DNA of 64,000 nt from Pecten maximus (Eukaryota): NCBI RefSeq assembly GCF_902652985.1, contig NC_047025.1:26412001-26476000 (forward strand), in the 5' to 3' direction. Under the pieces are notes generated by a model. That model worked only from the letters and a program-made list of their open reading frames with translations, had not been told where the DNA came from and did not search any database. Shown here piece after piece: positions 25,151 to 38,600 of this stretch (position 1 is the first letter of the stretch; each line of letters starts with the position of its first letter). The translations under genes and the position numbers were made by a program.

Positions 25151-25879
25151 CAGCTGCGCATGAGTAGAAAGAGTAAATATGAACATGCATGTTGACTAAA
25201 TCATTTGTTTTCAAATATTGAACATCTTGTCTATTCAATTATTTTTTTCAAATTATTATTTTCATTAACTTCATTATCGTTATTTTTATTTATTTATTTA
25301 TTTGTTAACCTGTGTTTTCCTTTGGACATGACAGATTCGGAGGTCAAACGGCCATTGCAGATCCTACCCACAAGATCTCCTTTGCACAGACGACCAACTA
25401 TTTAAACCCGGACATACATGTACAGGAGGAATCTCGCTGGAATGATCTCAGTAACGCTCTGTACGAATGTGTCTATAAGATAAAGAACATTTCCGCCAAA
25501 CGGACAATCTATGAATCCTCTCACCAAATGAAAGCAGCACTGGACTCACAAAATGCATATTGTTGCCCTTCTATGCGAATGTCTAGCCATAAATACTTCA
25601 TTAAATCAAATGTTTTTTTGTAAGAAGAAATAAAGTTACACATCAGCAAAAAATGTCTTTCTTGTCATTGTTTTATCTTTGTTTCACCTTTGTTCGTTTT
25701 TGTTTGTTTTATTTTATTTTTATTATTATATTTTTTCCCTTTTTCTCATATCACATATATGACATACAAACGATTTTTAATGTATGCATGGTGGCCATAA
25801 TTGTCATGATACATGGAAGGAGTCCGAATTTCGATTTTGGGGCACTTTTGGAAAATACCATTCTATATAAAGATATCAC

Positions 25880-26025
25880 TTATTTCTCATGGTCACACTC
25901 GTTGTAATTTCAATCGCCGAGAGTTTCTCATGGTCACGCTCGATGTCATTTCAATCGCCAACAGTTTTCCATGGTCACGCTCGGCGTCATTTTAATCGCC
26001 GAGAGTTTCTCATGGTCACGCTCAT
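25880..26025. repeat. Short ~36-bp degenerate tandem repeat (4 copies) in the 3' flank of copy A
   Basis: TTTCTCATGGTCACGCTCG...AATCGCC repeated; a ~2-copy homologue lies at ~37865-37930 behind copy B. Confidence 0.7.
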
Positions 26026-26665
26026 TATTACTTAAATCATCAACAGTTTTTAAGATAATGCTCATTATTATCAAAATCTTGAATACTTTTTCCGAAAACC
26101 AACTCAAATTTTCAGTCACCTCAATGAACAATGGAAACATTTCTCAATATATATGTAAGATTTATAACCGTACCATGTCGGGAAATTATGATGTTACAAA
26201 GTAAACAAGTGGATCATTTTGACAAACATCTGTAAGTAGAAACATACACAAACAGTCCCGGGAGGATACACATACAGTCCCGTGAGTGTATACAAACTTT
26301 TGTTTATCTTTATTCTGCGTTTCTCCGTAGTCACTGCCGAATTGACATGCCAGATCTACCTAGAAACACTGCAGTATACGATACCATACTAAAACTAGTA
26401 ATTACAGGAATGTACTGTGAGCCTATTTTGCTACATACCAGGTACTTTTTTTCAAACTTGAGAAACGCTTTGGTCCCTGTGTATATATGAACGACCGTTA
26501 ATTGCGATGACGTAGTCATTAACAAGAAATAAAAAAAAAAAATCCCTGTTTTGTATTTCATATTCAATGTAAATTAACTTAAATTATATAAGTTTTCATA
26601 AAAATTAAAACAATCGACTGTTTTAATGGAAACTCATATCTCTACATCACACTGATATTAGATTA

Positions 26666-26790
26666 GGGTGGTCGGATGGCACAGTGGTAACACACTTTCC
26701 TTTCACCTTAGGCGGCCATGGTTTGATTCCTTGATAGGACGTGAAAAGGTATGGGATCACCTGCCCACTTTTTGGTCTTCCTCCCTTTTA
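26666..26790 (+). mobile_element. tRNA-derived SINE 5' part (degraded)
   Basis: Pol III A-box-like TGGCACAGTGG and B-box-like GGTTTGATTCC at tRNA-like spacing, followed by a non-tRNA body; no complete cloverleaf. Confidence 0.6.
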
Positions 26791-27050
26791 AGATCATCGG
26801 TTTTGGTGACGGCCCCAGGGAAATTTAATTAATGAATGATGGTTTAAAAACAAGGGGTTGTTGGTTGGGAATTTTATTTAAATTTAATGTTTTTTTTAAA
26901 AAATACAAAGACACCAGCTTTTACGAGTTAAATAATTCCTTCCCAACCCTTTATTCGTGTTTACTGTTTTCTACTACCACAATAAAAATTGGCTTTAATA
27001 AAGGGTTTTTTTTGGCCATGAAATTTCCGAAAATGAAATAAAGTACCGGT

Positions 27051-27601
27051 NNNNNNNNNNNNNNNNNNNNNNNNNNNNNNNNNNNNNNNNNNNNNNNNNN
27101 NNNNNNNNNNNNNNNNNNNNNNNNNNNNNNNNNNNNNNNNNNNNNNNNNNNNNNNNNNNNNNNNNNNNNNNNNNNNNNNNNNNNNNNNNNNNNNNNNNNN
27201 NNNNNNNNNNNNNNNNNNNNNNNNNNNNNNNNNNNNNNNNNNNNNNNNNNNNNNNNNNNNNNNNNNNNNNNNNNNNNNNNNNNNNNNNNNNNNNNNNNNN
27301 NNNNNNNNNNNNNNNNNNNNNNNNNNNNNNNNNNNNNNNNNNNNNNNNNNNNNNNNNNNNNNNNNNNNNNNNNNNNNNNNNNNNNNNNNNNNNNNNNNNN
27401 NNNNNNNNNNNNNNNNNNNNNNNNNNNNNNNNNNNNNNNNNNNNNNNNNNNNNNNNNNNNNNNNNNNNNNNNNNNNNNNNNNNNNNNNNNNNNNNNNNNN
27501 NNNNNNNNNNNNNNNNNNNNNNNNNNNNNNNNNNNNNNNNNNNNNNNNNNNNNNNNNNNNNNNNNNNNNNNNNNNNNNNNNNNNNNNNNNNNNNNNNNNN
27601 N
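27051..27601. other. Assembly gap (N run)
   Basis: Run of 551 N. Confidence 1.
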
Positions 27602-28959
27602 ATCATCTTTCCACTTAAAAGCATATATGAGGTCACATGTCATGTTGAGAGGACGCAACCACAACAACACGTGACCATTCATAATGTCAACTTCCTGTGA
27701 ATGCAAACTATCCTCCCTAAAGAGTAAATCCATAAATGAAAATAAATCTTTGAAAATGTGGGGTTGAATGCCTGTTTTTGCGAATGTATATATGCATATG
27801 ATATTTTCTTTTGTCATTTGTGTTACTATGTTAAATACTTATGTGATATTTATGTAGAATATACTGAATATTTGTAAGGTAACAGCACAGGTGATTTCGC
27901 CGTCGAAGAAACATATCCGACACCGTCTGTCTATGTGAATTATTACCCGCCACACGTGTACCTATTTTATTCCAGGCAATAAATAAATGCCTCTTATGAA
28001 ATCATGTAGACGCTTCGCCTTTCAACTTTCTGGTCTTCCTAACCACTGTTACAGAATCGAAATATGGTGAGTGCTGGTCAGTGTGTGAAGTGATCGGTTG
28101 TATGGAAAAGTCCTCTCAATGTTGTTTGGTGGGACGTTTTATAATTATAACAGTTATATTGTCTTTTATATTGGTAGAACCGAATCATCATAGACACTTA
28201 TTATCAGCTTTCTACGTTAGCTTATATAGAGCGGGTTATGTACTCGTTGTACCCAACCTTCCAACCTTCTGTGTTTACTGTGTTCTACTAACACAATATA
28301 CAATGTGTATCTACATAAATGGATATTTTTGCAATCTGAACACGTACCGATAATGGTTATAAAAGGCTGACCATGATGTTCATGAGTCCGTTAGCAGCAG
28401 TGCGATTGCAAATATCATTTTTCCATATTCTATTTTTTAATACCAATAATGTTGTCCCTCAGTGAGGTGTTGGACGTGGGATAATCAGGTACGTTGGTCC
28501 ACAGGTTTAAAAACACGTCCCATCAGTTATAAGCAGTGCAGTGTGGGTTCTGCGAGTAAGGACCCATCTGGCCCATGTCAGAGGGTGATGTTCTTCCGTT
28601 CGTTTCTTAATATGGATTGTCGGACAGGGATCAGCATTATGTTAGTTTTATCAGGGATCTTATGGCTAGCACTCTAATGTTTAGGCAAACTATCATTTAT
28701 GATAGAGATGACAACTCTTTCGACAATTTGTCAATGCCCTATATTCCCTCATATTCACTCAGCGTTGCTACTATTAGTTCTGAGCCTATCTATGCAGTAA
28801 ATACCACTCCTATACAAATACACGTACAATACAGTCACATCAAGTGTACATCCACTGACATGGAAGCATCGTATAAGTAACAACTTTATTTTCTTTGCAA
28901 CATTAAACATGATGCTCAGGTAGAGAAGTCTTCGAAATGTTTTTTTTTTGTTTGTTATA

Positions 28960-29430
28960 TAAACATATTGTGGACATTTTTTCCATTCAGTTTATTTAAC
29001 AAAACTATGAAATACAGAATATGTTCCTCAAAGCTGTGTATGTATGCGCATTCGTTAGCAATCGAAACTGGCCGTTTTAAAAATATTGACCGAAATATGA
29101 GATATTGCTTAATATGTATGTCAACAACTGAGAAAGAAGATGAATACCATTTCATCTCAATATGTAATATGTAGAACAATTTAAGAAAGCGCCTCAATAG
29201 AAAATGATCTTGTCAAAAACCTTCAATTTTCAAATTAATACTGTTATTAAGAGTATAAATATCAAAGAATTAGTCGTTTAGGCAAATTTATTTTCGAAGC
29301 CAATAAGATCCGATCTGTATATCTTTAACCCATACTCCACATTGTATCTGTATTGCTATTCTATACCAATATTATGTATTGTGATGTTGCTAATATGTAC
29401 TTATGGGCCGTAAAGAAATTGAAAATAATG
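28960..29430 (+). mobile_element. Degraded 3' end of a non-LTR retrotransposon ORF2 (CR1/L2-like)
   Basis: Translation AHSLAIETGRFKNIDRNMRYCLICMSTTEKEDEYHFISIC matches the typical H.L.IETGR...C..C...EDEYHF..C C-terminal zinc motif; stops follow. Confidence 0.7.
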
Positions 29431-29984
29431 AACTCGTGAGATATGTCCAATTTTGTGAGCCTGGATCAGACTGAATCAGACTGTCCTTGTCGCTATTGAG
29501 TTTGAAGCATTTAAATACGACACAGGGGTCCTTCATCACATAAACCAAAACGTATGGACCCAGAAACCCCTACTTGTGTACACTCCCTTTCTTAACACTC
29601 GTCGAGATACGTACGTATAAGCACGTACCCGCACATATCGGCCATGTCTAAATCAATAGACTCTCCTACCAATTACCAGAAATACACTATAATATTAACC
29701 AATTGTATAGATGTAAGGTAAAATATATATACTCTAAATTACATCGCAGTTTGCAGTAAGATGCATCGCCTAATATGATTTCACTAAACTATGTTTACAT
29801 TGTACATGCATGTAAGAAAGAGGAAAAATTATGACGTTGAGGAGCTATACTATTTTTTTTTTTATATTGTTGATGTTTATTTTAGGTCTTCGATACTACT
29901 TCAATAATGAATTATCTCATGACGTTACGTGTCGGATACGGCTACGGAATTAAGAGGCTTCGTTCCCCCCAGAACTTTATTACT

Positions 29985-30100
29985 AAGCAACCAGAAAACT
30001 CTATTACTAGGCAACCAGAAAACTCTATCACCTGGCAAACATAAAACTCTATTTTTTAGGCAACCAGAAAAACTCTAGTTCTAGGCAACCAGAAAACACT
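29985..30100. repeat. Short ~25-bp tandem repeat (GGCAACCAGAAAACTCTA core, ~5 copies) upstream of copy B
   Basis: Read directly from the sequence. Confidence 0.7.
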
Positions 30101-30371
30101 GACAACTTTTTTTTTCTATTTTCGTTAACTCTATCTTACAACTATAATTTATAATAAATATCCTAATCACATCTTGCATCTGTTATTCGAAGTAAATATC
30201 TTTATCTTGCATCCTATACTAAGTAGGCATGGGATCAGTGTATGTGAGACACTACGGTTTACCTTGATAAGCTGTGATTGTAGTTCAAACCTTTCAGTAT
30301 ACCTAGAGCGGAGGGTGAAGGTACATACCGCTAGTGTTTGACAATACGATAATCAATCGAGAATTTAAACT

Positions 30372-33300
30372 ATGGCAGACGTGACAGCGACACCGGAACC
30401 GCCCTACGTAGATGGATTTGTCAAAGACGGGTTTGAAAAAGTCAGAGATGTATTCAGGTAAACAAAAAAGTAATTAGCCGTTTCGATCATGTATAAATAA
30501 TGTTTGTTATACTGAGGGGAAACATTTGATGTATCAAAATCAAACATGATTATACCATTGCAACAAATAATGCATAATGCATAAAAATCACGACCACATG
30601 ACTACAGAACTACCGGGCCAGTCAAATGCCATCCTTATTGATAATTCTCAAATGTCGGCGAAGCCCGGTATTTTTAATTACAACGTAATGTTTAGAAATA
30701 ACTATTGTACCAAGTCCTACAGATTTCCCGTTCCATTTATTAACCTGTCCTTCACGATAGTGGTCTGATCTTGTAAACTCGTATCAACATGCTTTACTGT
30801 ATGTACAGATTTATATGGTACTATGTGCAAAGGTCGATTATAGTGTAAATGGTATAACATAAGAAAACTTTAAAGTACAAATATAATGTCAACGCATTTA
30901 AAACATCCTGCATTCCATCAGGCCCATGCATATTAAGTCAGCGTACACCAGGATATGCTTGAATCTCGTCAAAATTGATAATTTACATATACGTGCGCTT
31001 GCATGCATACCTTCAGACATGTAAAGAAAATATGCACTGCACTATTAAAAAATATACCGGACAAGTCAAACATAGGTTCTTACCAACTACTGATATTTAA
31101 ACATTATTTTTCATGTTAGTACATTGTATTTCTATTACTTTTGTTATTTTTTGTAATTAAATCTTTACACAAAATAAAATTATCAACATTCTTCAAAATG
31201 TGTGACGTTTACAGCGATCGTATCAGTCACAACTGATGATCTATATTGTCTGACACGTGATCAGTATTACTCGGGTCCAGAGATAAACAGGTGACCTATA
31301 TATATATAAATAGTTAGCTGTGATCGTCCGATAAGTACTAACTATCACATACAGTAATAATATCACACGGTGATTTTCAGTTTCTGAGTAATCCTAACTG
31401 CAAATATACGTTTACAGAAAACTACATAGTGTATATAAAAGAACGGAATATTATCCTACAATAAGTGAGCGCTCCCTACCTGGGAAAATCACGGTATTAA
31501 ACTAATCACTTCATAGTTCAATACTAATTGACCGAGTGAGCACTCACTTCTACTGAGTGCTCACTTTTACCGAGCGCTCACTTCACAGAGTACACATTAA
31601 TTGTTACCGAACACTCAAAATACCGCGCACTAACTGAGCATTCGATCACTAGCATATAGCTAAAAAAACTGTGCTCTCAGACTTCGACTCCTGTGATGTA
31701 CCAATCACATAGACTTACTTAGAGTCCATAAGGAGAAATGAAGTCTTACTCAGGCACGTCTACTTCCGTACTCAACAGTAACAAAGTACAATACAATATT
31801 GGAGACATGGAAACCTTTATTTAGACACATTTATACCTTTATAGTCTTATTGTCTGACCTTACCGTGTCTTCTTAAGAAGTAGCCGCTAGCTAGCTTCCA
31901 ACGACTCCTTTTATACACTCCGAATTTGGAATCTTGTGCCCCCTATTGTAAATCCATGGTCTTTAGAACGTTTCTTAAACTCCTATATACTTGCAACATA
32001 CAAGCTTTTTGACAACGAGTGGAAGACTGGTAGTCCAGAACGACAGGGGTAACACAACCGTGGTTTAGGCTTCTACAAATGTAGCCAGTAAATTCGAACA
32101 CAAGTGCTTGATAATATAATTCAATAATATTCCATAATCTTTATGTTGTTTTTTAATCACTTTTTAGATATATCTTATAATTGTTTTAATGTAATTTAAA
32201 TTAATTAAGCAATTGATATGAATGAGATGTTTTGCTACAGCAAATACTGGATTAACCAAATGTTAGATAGTGTATATGAGCCATCAATCATTGAAATATC
32301 CATATCTGTTTTAGTTTAAAGATTTTTTTATTTGATATAATGAAAGAAGATAAATACATTTCCTTTAAATTTCTAATCAATTTGTTTTATGGCACATAAT
32401 TAATGTATTGTTGTATTTTATTGCAAATCATCAAGTCATCTATTATTGTACACAATTTTCAGAGCCAATTTGGAGAATGGTTCCGACAAAGGTGGCTCTG
32501 TAGCTGTCTACTATGAAGGGGAGTTGGTGGTAAACTTGTGGGGAGGCTGGGTTGACATGACATCTGTGTGGAAATGGAGAGAGGATACCATGTCGTGTTT
32601 CTTTTCCTCTACAAAGAGTCCTTCAGCCCTCGTTATAGCACACCTTGTGGACAGGTATTATGATTATATCAGACGATAGCAAAACAATTGTTTATAAACA
32701 AATCTCATTTCCGAATACCCTTCTGCTCTCTTATCTCATATTGTTTTCATTTTCTGTGTGTCCATTTCTCCTTTGTTAACATATAGTCATTGGTCTAAAA
32801 TACTGAGTCAGAATTAAAGTTTCGTTTACCAATCCGTAACCTGTTGTTTTTGTAGAGGTCTTCTAGACTACAAGGAAAAGATATCAAAATATTGGCCAGA
32901 GTTTGCACAGAACGGCAAAGGTGATATAACTCTGGAAACTTACATCACGAATCGGGTAGGATTATGGTATTCTGTTGGAATACAGGCAAATGCAATGACA
33001 AGTAAATTATGTAGAACAATATAATAAATATAACTCATATGCTAATCATAAGACATGATACGTCCAAATAAGAAACAATTCGTAATCGTATATCATAATG
33101 GAGACAATAAGTCTGTGTAAAGATATATATATTATTTTTAGTTTTAATCTAATCATAATGTGTTTTCGATATCAAGTATTGATTTGTTGAAGGCTGGTCT
33201 AAGCGGGAATGAAGAGCCGATCTCCATGAGACTAATGCTGGAAGACCCACAAAAGTTTGGAGAAATTTTAGCTAAACAGAAGCCACTATGGGAACCAGGT

Positions 33301-36300
33301 ATACACGTTACTCATACAGTGACATATATACTTGTTAAAACTGTAATGAGTTTTATTTCTCTAGGTCAAAAAAAACGCATTTGGTGTATAGGAAATTATA
33401 TTCCGTTTTTATAGATTCTACGAAAATTCATCTTTTAGCTTCAAATGTTTGGTAAAACAACGTAACTTGAACCATAGAAAACACTTTTACATATCATAAG
33501 ACAACATTCACATACACATTTACAGTTCTTCAACCCTAAAAAACACCTTTACAGACACTCAACCCAAAAACACACACATATATATTTATATATCCACAGA
33601 AAAAACACATTTACAGGTATTCCAACAAAAAACAAAAAACAAAAATCATTCATATACAATTTGTTAATTTATTCAAAGAAATAACACCTTTGCATTTTTT
33701 TCTCGTTTCCCTTCTCACCAGGAACGAAACATGGCTACCACCCCTTAACATTCGCCCTATATTTGGACCAAATTGTGAAGAGAGTAGATCCAGAGGGACG
33801 TAGTCTCTCCCAATACTTCCATGAGGAGATGGCCAAACCGTTCGGTGAGATTTGTGACTTTTTCTAATAATCTTCGATTATTGTACATATTTGTGAACAC
33901 TCAAATAGTAGCGTATTTTTGAAATAAAAGAGGATTGATTGGCGTACCGAAATAATCGCCATAAATATACATAGACATAGAATCATCGAATTATAAATTT
34001 ACTTTTACCGGGGAAAAAAGTGTGCAAATAAGATTATCTAAACGTGCGTGTACATTATCAAAACTCTAATGAGAACGATGTTTGTGAATATACTTCCGCT
34101 TGTCACAACCAGTTATGGATTCTCAATACTTAATGATATTGATTGATACATTTATATTAAGAATGGCATCGATGATTATCATTGAATAGGAGAAGATAAG
34201 TTTCACTGCCGTTTGTTTACGCTAAGCATACAAAAATGATGCTACTATTGAAGCACTGAACTGCTTTCATATGGAAGTTATGGGCTGATGAATGCCATCT
34301 GGACAAAGGCAAATTTAATGATAATGAATGAACAAATTATTATCGTCAAGACGGAAAAGCTTTTTCAACAGCCATCTTTCGTTATCGCCGACGTGACAAT
34401 TATGACGTCACTATAATAATGACGTCATAATAAAGATTTGGAAGTTATGGACTCATAACTTCCAAGTAAGCTTGGTAAAGTTATATAGTGGGGCTGCAGT
34501 GTAAATGTAAATATAATTAAATAACATAACGGTCTGTTGTATCCCAACTGTCTGGTGTTTGTTCGAATCAGTGAGGCATCCGCTAGGCTCGTCTGCCTTT
34601 CTGATAACTATGACACATAAAAGCTTTCCTTTGCTACTGCTGTCGTTTATTAACATATACCAAACATACAGAAATTTGTTATTTTGATACAGGAGGAGAA
34701 ACATACATAATTCATATTTCATAGTTCAGTTTACTTATTTCATTCGATGGGTGTAAGCGTCATTTGATTGTTGCCAATGGATGAACAGTATTAAAAGCAT
34801 TGTATTGTGTATGTTCAAGTTCTTCAATGTTGATATTACTATGTCAGATTATACTTTTGTTTATTGATTCAATGTCAACATAGGATGTAATATATTTTAT
34901 ATAGTAGATAACAGATAAAAACTGATATAGTGTCATTTTATACATAACGGTATGTGTATGTTGGCTCGCCATTTCTCCTCTGGAGCACGTTCCACTTCAG
35001 TAAACAAACAAATATTATTTTTGTAGAAAATATATTCCTATCTAGAACTACTGAAACTTCAATATATACGTGTTCCAGATATAGAATTTTATATTGGACT
35101 TCCTAAGGAGTTGTACTACAGAGCTCCCCCGGTATCAATAAAGGACGATGTAGATATGGAGAAAGTCATGAGTTTGATGCAGGGGGACGATCCAGACTTA
35201 ACAAAGCTTGTCAATGGTACCTTCACAGACTTTGGGGTAAGTATTTTGTGTATTTCTATTTATTTTACAAAGATTTTATTGAATTAAATTCAATGGATAT
35301 GGGGCAACAGGCAAACAAGGAGGAGAAAACGTTCACTGTTTTTAGTTAGGGCCGAGAGTATTAAAGCTGTAAATGAAGGCAATTTCAAGCCGAGATAGCT
35401 TATTGTAACGAGAGGATCAGCATTGACCAAGTTTGGAAACGGTTGAGTATCGCCCTGGATTAATTTTGTGTAATACAGTGTACGTAAATAAATAGAGGAC
35501 ATTGAATGGTTTGCCGTAGAATACAGGTATTTCAGGAGTATAGCAGACTATCGTTATAATCTGTCATATGAGTGGATCTTAACGCGCGCGGAATAATTGC
35601 GTTCAAGGGGGACAACTCTTACAATGTCGTCTGCTTGTGTTTGCATCTGACAGTCCTCATCGTCGATGTCGGGTTTAAAATGTTGGACTTAACTATGAAA
35701 ATACATACATTCTGAAGATAAATATATAGCATACCAGCAATAAACCGATAGGGCTACACGGTTAAACGATGAGATATTTTATCTGAGCGGAAATGTGACT
35801 CCGTTACTGTTCCGTAAAATGATCATATCTGTCGAGGTGCAAATCAAATTATATGTAAAATTGGAAACCTCATTTCATCGTTAGTTTTTTCAAAGTATTG
35901 TTGATAGAACTTCTTTTTCTCGAATGTTGACAATTTGATCACGGCCACGTCAAAAGTCGGCCAGGTTACGGCAATTTTTATCGGCGAATTATTCATTCGT
36001 TCATCACTTAACCATAAAAGGAATGAAGTTTGTGTGCAAACTTAGTTTGCCAAAATTGCGTATTTTTTGTAAAAACGTCAAATGAATAAATTTAAAAAAA
36101 AAATGAAGAAAATGGATGGCTGAGGGACACTTTTGCTAGAAATTTGGTAGTGATATGAGAGAAAACGTAAGGGATATGTGTATGTAGGATAGGGATATTC
36201 CACCCGAGAGGTCACAAAATGTGGTGCCGAGGGTTTTGCCACATTTTGTGATCGATAGGGTGGAATAGCCCTATCCTACATACACACATAATGAAATAGT

Positions 36301-37444
36301 CTTATAAACATATAACAGTGATTATATGATTTATATCAAGTTATAAACGATTTTTTCTTGTTTTGTACTTACAGATGATTAACAATCCATATATAAGAGA
36401 AATTCCGAATGGATCAGCCATGGGGCACGGGACGGCTGCCTCCCTCGCTAAATTCCATGGTATCCTAGCTAATGGGGGAGTTCATAACGGCAAGAGACTG
36501 TTGTCAGAGGAGGCTATTCAAAGACAACTGGTTCCCAAGTCCTGTGGAAAAGATGCAGTGTATGGTATAGAGTTTATGTTTAGTCTTGGAACCATGGTGT
36601 TTGCGTCAGTGGACGATGGTCAACCAGTAAGTAAATTCCATTCAATCCGCCGGGAAAATATTTTCATCGATGTTGGATGAATTTATCATGTTCTTTTTTG
36701 TCCAAAGATTGCTTTGTAAACATAATATAATGAAAAATTAACAAGAGTAAAAACATCAATCAGGTTTATACATGTACAATTGAATGAGGGCTTTGATATT
36801 ATGGTCAACTTCATATTTTACACAAAGAAAGATGAACAGTGTATATATCGGTATTAAATGAAAACACTGTGGTCATATTTATTTGAAAGACAGTAAGTTA
36901 ATTAATCAATCATAAAATACATAGGAAAAAACAATCTTGGCTAGTTGATATCTTCCTTAATCAGGCGTGTTTAACTGGCAATATGAATTATACAGTGCTT
37001 AGATATTGTTTAAATTGAGGTAGGAAAAGCTGTCTGTTTTGGCGTAGTTGAAAGGATGACAAGCGAAAAGCCATGTAGAGACTCCGAGTTCAAACTCAAT
37101 AAACAAATGTCACACACAAAACAATTCTAATTAAACAACATGCTTAAGATAAAACATATTCCCCTACTTCAATATCGTTATTGTTTTATTTTTCTAAGCC
37201 TGTGCATTCATTTGGACACGGCGGATTCGGAGGACAAATGGCCATTGCAGATCCTACCCACAAGATCGGCTTTGCATACACAACCAATTATTTGAACCCG
37301 GACATAAAGGAGGAATCTCGCTGGAATGATCTCAGTAACGCTCTGTACGAATGTGTCTATAAGATAAAGAACATTTCCGCCAAAAGGACACTCTGTGAAT
37401 CCTACGACCAATTGAAAGCAGCACAGGACTCACAAAAACAATAA
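30372..37444 (+). CDS. Beta-lactamase domain-containing protein (LACT-2-like serine hydrolase / family VIII esterase-like), copy B, 420 aa
   Basis: Exons 30372-30457, 32463-32654, 32856-32955, 33193-33298, 33722-33844, 35079-35236, 36375-36626, 37199-37444; all GT-AG, phase-consistent, 1263 nt. Motifs: catalytic SxxK (FSSTK), YWPEFAQNGK, PLWEPGTKHGYH and SFGHGGFGG. Confidence 0.92.
36176..36289. mobile_element. Palindromic MITE-like / foldback element (~115 bp hairpin)
   Basis: ATGTGTATGTAGGATAGGGATATTCCACCC..TCACAAAATGTGG pairs with CCACATTTTGTGA..GGGTGGAATAGCCCTATCCTACATACAC; arms ~50 bp. Confidence 0.75.
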
Positions 37445-38099
37445 TGTTGCCATTCTATGCAAATGTATAGACATATAGATTTAATTAAATCAAATGTCAT
37501 TCTGAACTAAATGAAGATAAGAAAAGCTACACATCAAGTGTTTATTTCTATTAATAAAGACGTTTATTCTTCCGAATATATATTATGATATCTTCCTCGT
37601 CAAATTATTTTCTCGTTTAATAAATTTCAAGTTATATTCGGTATTCTTGTGATTTGTCGTGGTAAAATTATACCTGAGTGAATGATAAGTTCTTATTTCG
37701 TAGAGTTCAGTATTGCTGCTTTACTGATTAAACTAAAAGCATCAGCCTTATTGACTGATTACCGTCAAAGTGATATACATTTCATGTCAATTTTAATTTA
37801 TGCTCATGATATTTTTTCTGGAATTTTTGGAAAATAACTTTCTCTATAAAGATATGATTTAAATAGTTTCTCGTGATCACGCTCGTTGTAATTCTAATCG
37901 TCAATATTTTCTCAAGGTCACTCATTATCATTTAAACCATCAGTAGTCTTTCGATATAAGGCTAATTATTATTTAAATCATCAATATATATATATATATA
38001 TAATTTTTTTGAGGTAGCGAGGTAAATCAAATCGTGACTAGTTTTTTAAGAAGACACTCATCTTTATAATATACAAATATGGATACTAACATATCAGAA

Positions 38100-38600
38100 T
38101 TGATCAAACATGAACTTCTGTCTGGGTCAATACGTTGTTATATGAACCTGATAGAGTGATACCAGCCCTAAGTTAAATCCTCATCTAAATTCATATCGTA
38201 CAAGGAAAATATTCCCCAATGACATCATAATATCGTCCGAAAGCCTCTCCATGGTATTCCTCAATACCTAACTCTCCAGAACTTGTATGTAATGTAGGGT
38301 AAGCAGGCGTGATACCAAATAGAAATAATAAATTAACAATGGGGAAATGCATATCATCACGCATATTATACAGCTTAGTTGTAACTGTCCCTGCTGGCTA
38401 CAGGAATATAAAGGTTGAGGTAAGCGGCCGATGTTGACGAGTCTGTAGTACCATTTTGTCTATTCCAAATTCTACATTGTATGTCCGATCGATATGGTCA
38501 ATTAAGCTTTTGTTATTTGAATTTAAACACCTCATCGATATACCTGTAGGTGAAATTGAAAGTTAACGCAAGGTCACTTTTACCTGCACTGTTAAGCTCT
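38100..38600 (-). mobile_element. Degraded reverse-transcriptase fragment, Penelope-like
   Basis: Minus strand near 38580-38525 reads KSDLALTFNFTYRYIDEV, resembling the RYIDD catalytic motif; the rest is frameshifted. Confidence 0.55.

Larger units (their letters stand above)
16606..25623 (+). pseudogene. Beta-lactamase-domain (LACT-2-like) pseudogene, copy A
   Basis: Exon 1 (16606-16691, MADVTATPEPPYVDGFVKDGLEKVKDVFR) is intact. Exons 2-6 are absent and a 49-bp array lies in their place. Exon 7 (23415-23628) has ~25-nt and ~10-nt deletions and an AAA>TAA stop relative to copy B. Exon 8 (from 25309) has lost its acceptor (AA instead of AG) and its stop (TAA>TAT, read-through to 25623). Confidence 0.88.

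Noticed and set aside
26666-26740. Functional tRNA gene
   Set aside because: A and B boxes are present but the stems do not form a cloverleaf; a SINE head explains it better.
26951-27817. 288-aa and 213-aa ORFs
   Set aside because: Artefacts of reading through the N gap.
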